64,000 bases of DNA from Klebsormidium nitens (lineage: Eukaryota > Plantae > Klebsormidiophyceae). Each line of letters opens with the position of its first letter. The stretch's first letter is position 1. The notes below the pieces were generated by a model. It worked only from the letters and a program-made list of their open reading frames with translations, had not been told where the DNA came from and searched no databases. The stretch spans positions 9,229 to 73,228 of the forward strand of contig DF237422.1 in NCBI GenBank assembly GCA_000708835.1. The letters are read 5' to 3'. A program made the translations under genes and the position numbers. Below are positions 61,361 through 64,000 of the stretch, piece after piece.

Positions 61361-64000
61361 CCAGTGGCATGCACACATGACAGCTGTCCAGGAGTCACAT
61401 CTTCACTGGAAACGGCAGTATGACTCCGAATTGCTCACAGCTAAACGTGAACGAACTAAAAAACACCAAGAGACGGTCTTTAGCACCCCTATCAACTCAA
61501 AAGCCCGCCGCAATTATCACTTACCCCACAAATATTCTCAACAACCTTTACCTGCAGTAATGAAATCCCCCACCGACCCTACTCAATTAATTACCGGTCA
61601 GTCCGTAAACGAGACATGGGGCTCGTCTGCTACTGCAACGCGCCCCAACACCATGCCGGCGGTCTCGACCGAAGCTGGGACTCCACCTTGGCTTCACGCC
61701 AACCTTTGGACCAATGCTCATTCACAGATTTCTCCGCTGCAAGACCAGCTTATGGCTCCTATTCAAGCTGGCGAGTTGCGTAGCTTTCTTTCTAATACCG
61801 GCGCTTCTTCTCCAGGCTTGGATAAGATTCAATACGATGTCCTACGTTTCATGCTTTTCCGTCCCGAATTTGCTGATCTTCAGCTTTCCCAGATGCTCTT
61901 GCGCTTCCTCAATCTCCTGCTTCATATTCAACACATGCCTACCACAATGAAAACGGCCCTTCTCACCTTCATACACAAAGCTGGAGATCCCCTTCACTTT
62001 TCAAACTACCGCGGCATCAGTTTACTCAGTTGTTTGTTCAAAATAACTTCACTGGCACCCTCAACGGCCGTCTTCAAAACATCTTGCATTCCCAGGATGG
62101 TTTCGATTGCAACCAAGGGGCTAATCGCAAGGGCGTCCATGCAGCACATAAAGCAACAGTGCTCATGAACATTATTGCGGATGCACGCCTTCATAAAAAA
62201 CCCCTCCACATCATTTACACAGATATCAAGGGTGCATTCCCAAGTGTACCCTATCAGGCCTTCTCCGATGCTCTCACTACTCTTGGCCTCTCTGGTTCGT
62301 TTTTGCACCTAATCAAAGATACTCAAACCGACTTCACCGTCACCGCAAGAGGCCCCACAGGATATTCCACCCCCCGTCCAAAACACAACGGCGTTCATGA
62401 AGGCGATTGTTTGAGCCCAACCTTATTTTGTCTTGTCTTGAACATGTTTTTTGTATGGCTGAAGTCACATAATCTAGGTTACTCAATGCAGACTAGGCCC
62501 CTGCACGAGTTGGCAGACTTAGCCCCCAATCCTCGCATTCCTGTTAATGGATATGCTGACGATATGGCTCTTATTGGTAATAATAATGCTGAGGTAACAA
62601 CCACTTTGCAAATGCTCGAGCGCTTTCTTTCCTATTACGGCATGGCACTAAACCCAGCCAAGTGCGGCTATCAATATCGATTGGACCGTTTTGCCAGCCG
62701 TCCTGATCCCCCCTCCACACGATGGGGCCGAATACCTGTATTCCATGGCAAAACGTCTTACAAATATCTGGGCTACTATGTTAACACCCAGCTGGATTTC
62801 ACCTACCAACATCAAATGATGGCGGAAAACCTTCAACAAGCTTGTCTGGATTTTTATAGCACACGCTCTATGAGCCTTACCGAAGCAATCACGTACGTCA
62901 ACTCGGATCTAGTCTCCAAGCTTCGTTATCGAATGTACTTGATTAGCTTTCCCAAAACGTACCTGAAAAAATTTGAAACATCGCTTGCCGGAACAGTCAA
63001 ACGACTTGCTCGCCTTGCAAGTTCGACACCTACCGACTTGCTAATCAACCAAGGTCTTCAAAACGTGTATCTTCTGCAAGCTATCACACGAGCTGATTAC
63101 CTTCAGGCAGCTCTTCAGGCTCCTGACATGGCATGTCGCCTTACCTCGCAGCTTAGTTACAATGCACTCTGTGATCTTCCTGTTCTACAAGGACGTCCAC
63201 CATTTTCTCCAGCAGGTCTACCGATTGGTTGGAAGGAATCTCGATTTTCTCCACTCCTACGCGGGGTTCGTGATCATCTTGTCTCCACGAATTGCTCACT
63301 TTTCATCAATTTCGACAAGTCAGTACAACTTGCTAGTCGAAAATATGCACACTCTCCTTCCGCTAGCGTACTCAGAGTTGTCAAATCTTCTTCACTGCCA
63401 CCTTACTCGTATCCACATTGTTCGTCTGTTTCAGAATCTTCACAACGCTGGGCTTACAGAGTTAGCCGATCTTTCGCCCCTTTTTTGAACATCCAATTGC
63501 TACTCCCGAATCCGAAAATTGGACCCTACAAAAGGGTCGACTCTCCAAAACATTTGCACAAACTGCCGCGAGCACTACCCGGGTTTTGCATGCTGATCTT
63601 CATATTCCAAATTGCAGCGCTGCTCAACTTCGTCTTCTCCGACTTCTTCTCCGACTTCTTCTGGAACGCCTGCTCGCACCATACTCGGACGGAATGCCTC
63701 CTTTACATGCTGCCCCTGCGGAAACGGCTTCACATTGGGGCACGCTACCGAAATACACCAGCCTCGCCACATCAATATACACAGACGGCAGTGCCATGCG
63801 CAATGATACACGGGCTGGCTTTGGTTTTTAGTACTTTCCGGATTTGCCAGATGCCGATCCTCATGCACGCGTACGGCTTCGTATCCCTGGCCATCAAACA
63901 ATTGCCCGCGCAGAGGCTTTTGGCGTTCTTGCTGCCGTCTTACATTGCGCACGCCCCACCAATATCACCATCTACTGTGACCGCCTTCCTTTGATCCAAC

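Larger units (their letters stand above)
55217..64000 (+). mobile_element. Non-LTR retrotransposon (LINE): ORF1 + 2A + APE-RT-RNase H, decayed, truncated by the window edge
   Basis: APE motifs: ILNWNCQG, AVLTETQ, LLVGDWN, LDKIF, SDHRPV. RT motifs: SPGLD, NYRGISLL, TDIKGAF, GVHEGDCLSP, YADD, YKYLG. RNase H motifs: YTDGS, ARAE, IYCD. Frameshifts near 57490, 60467 and 62046, more at ~63.2-63.6 kb, and a TAG at 63829. The true 5' end lies upstream of 55217 and was not defined. Confidence 0.92.

Noticed and set aside
63829-63831. Stop-codon readthrough or recoding in RNase H
   Set aside because: It lies in a copy with several frameshifts, so decay is the simpler explanation.
1-64000. rRNA, tRNA or structured ncRNA genes
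   Set aside because: No recognisable cloverleaf or rRNA signature was seen by eye. A covariance-model scan was not possible, so small RNAs cannot be excluded.

Overview
Intron-rich eukaryotic DNA with GT-AG introns and CTGAC/CTCAC branch sites. The gene content (ciliary-type TTLL6/13 polyglutamylase, plant-type glutamate-cysteine ligase, algal CYP711-clan-like P450s) suggests a flagellate-stage streptophyte alga such as Klebsormidium; the taxon is inference. Order: TTLL6/13-like gene (-, 1591-8865); two tandem P450s (+, 11007-18643 and 21646-30234) from a ~11.5-kb duplication that left a TTLL 5' pseudo-fragment (~19.4-20.2 kb); two head-to-head glutamate-cysteine ligase paralogues (-, 31996-40166, divergent and without transit peptide; +, 41228-49333, canonical); an acidic single-TM protein (+, ~51.5-53.6 kb); and a decayed LINE running off the 3' end with one N gap. 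Highlights: (1) the LINE ORF1 appears to be split by spliceosomal introns that are themselves open and in frame, with a start codon inside the first donor site and a 2A/StopGo motif before APE-RT-RNase H, so splicing would switch between ORF1p and a read-through polyprotein; (2) the canonical GCL has two tandem 81-nt candidate mutually exclusive exons, one lacking the redox-switch cysteine and resembling the divergent paralogue; (3) the TTLL, both P450 and both GCL genes carry intronic decaying copies of their own splice junctions ('exon echoes'); (4) a MITE-like family has copy-specific 16-bp subterminal repeats. All exon boundaries were read by eye; no database search was run.
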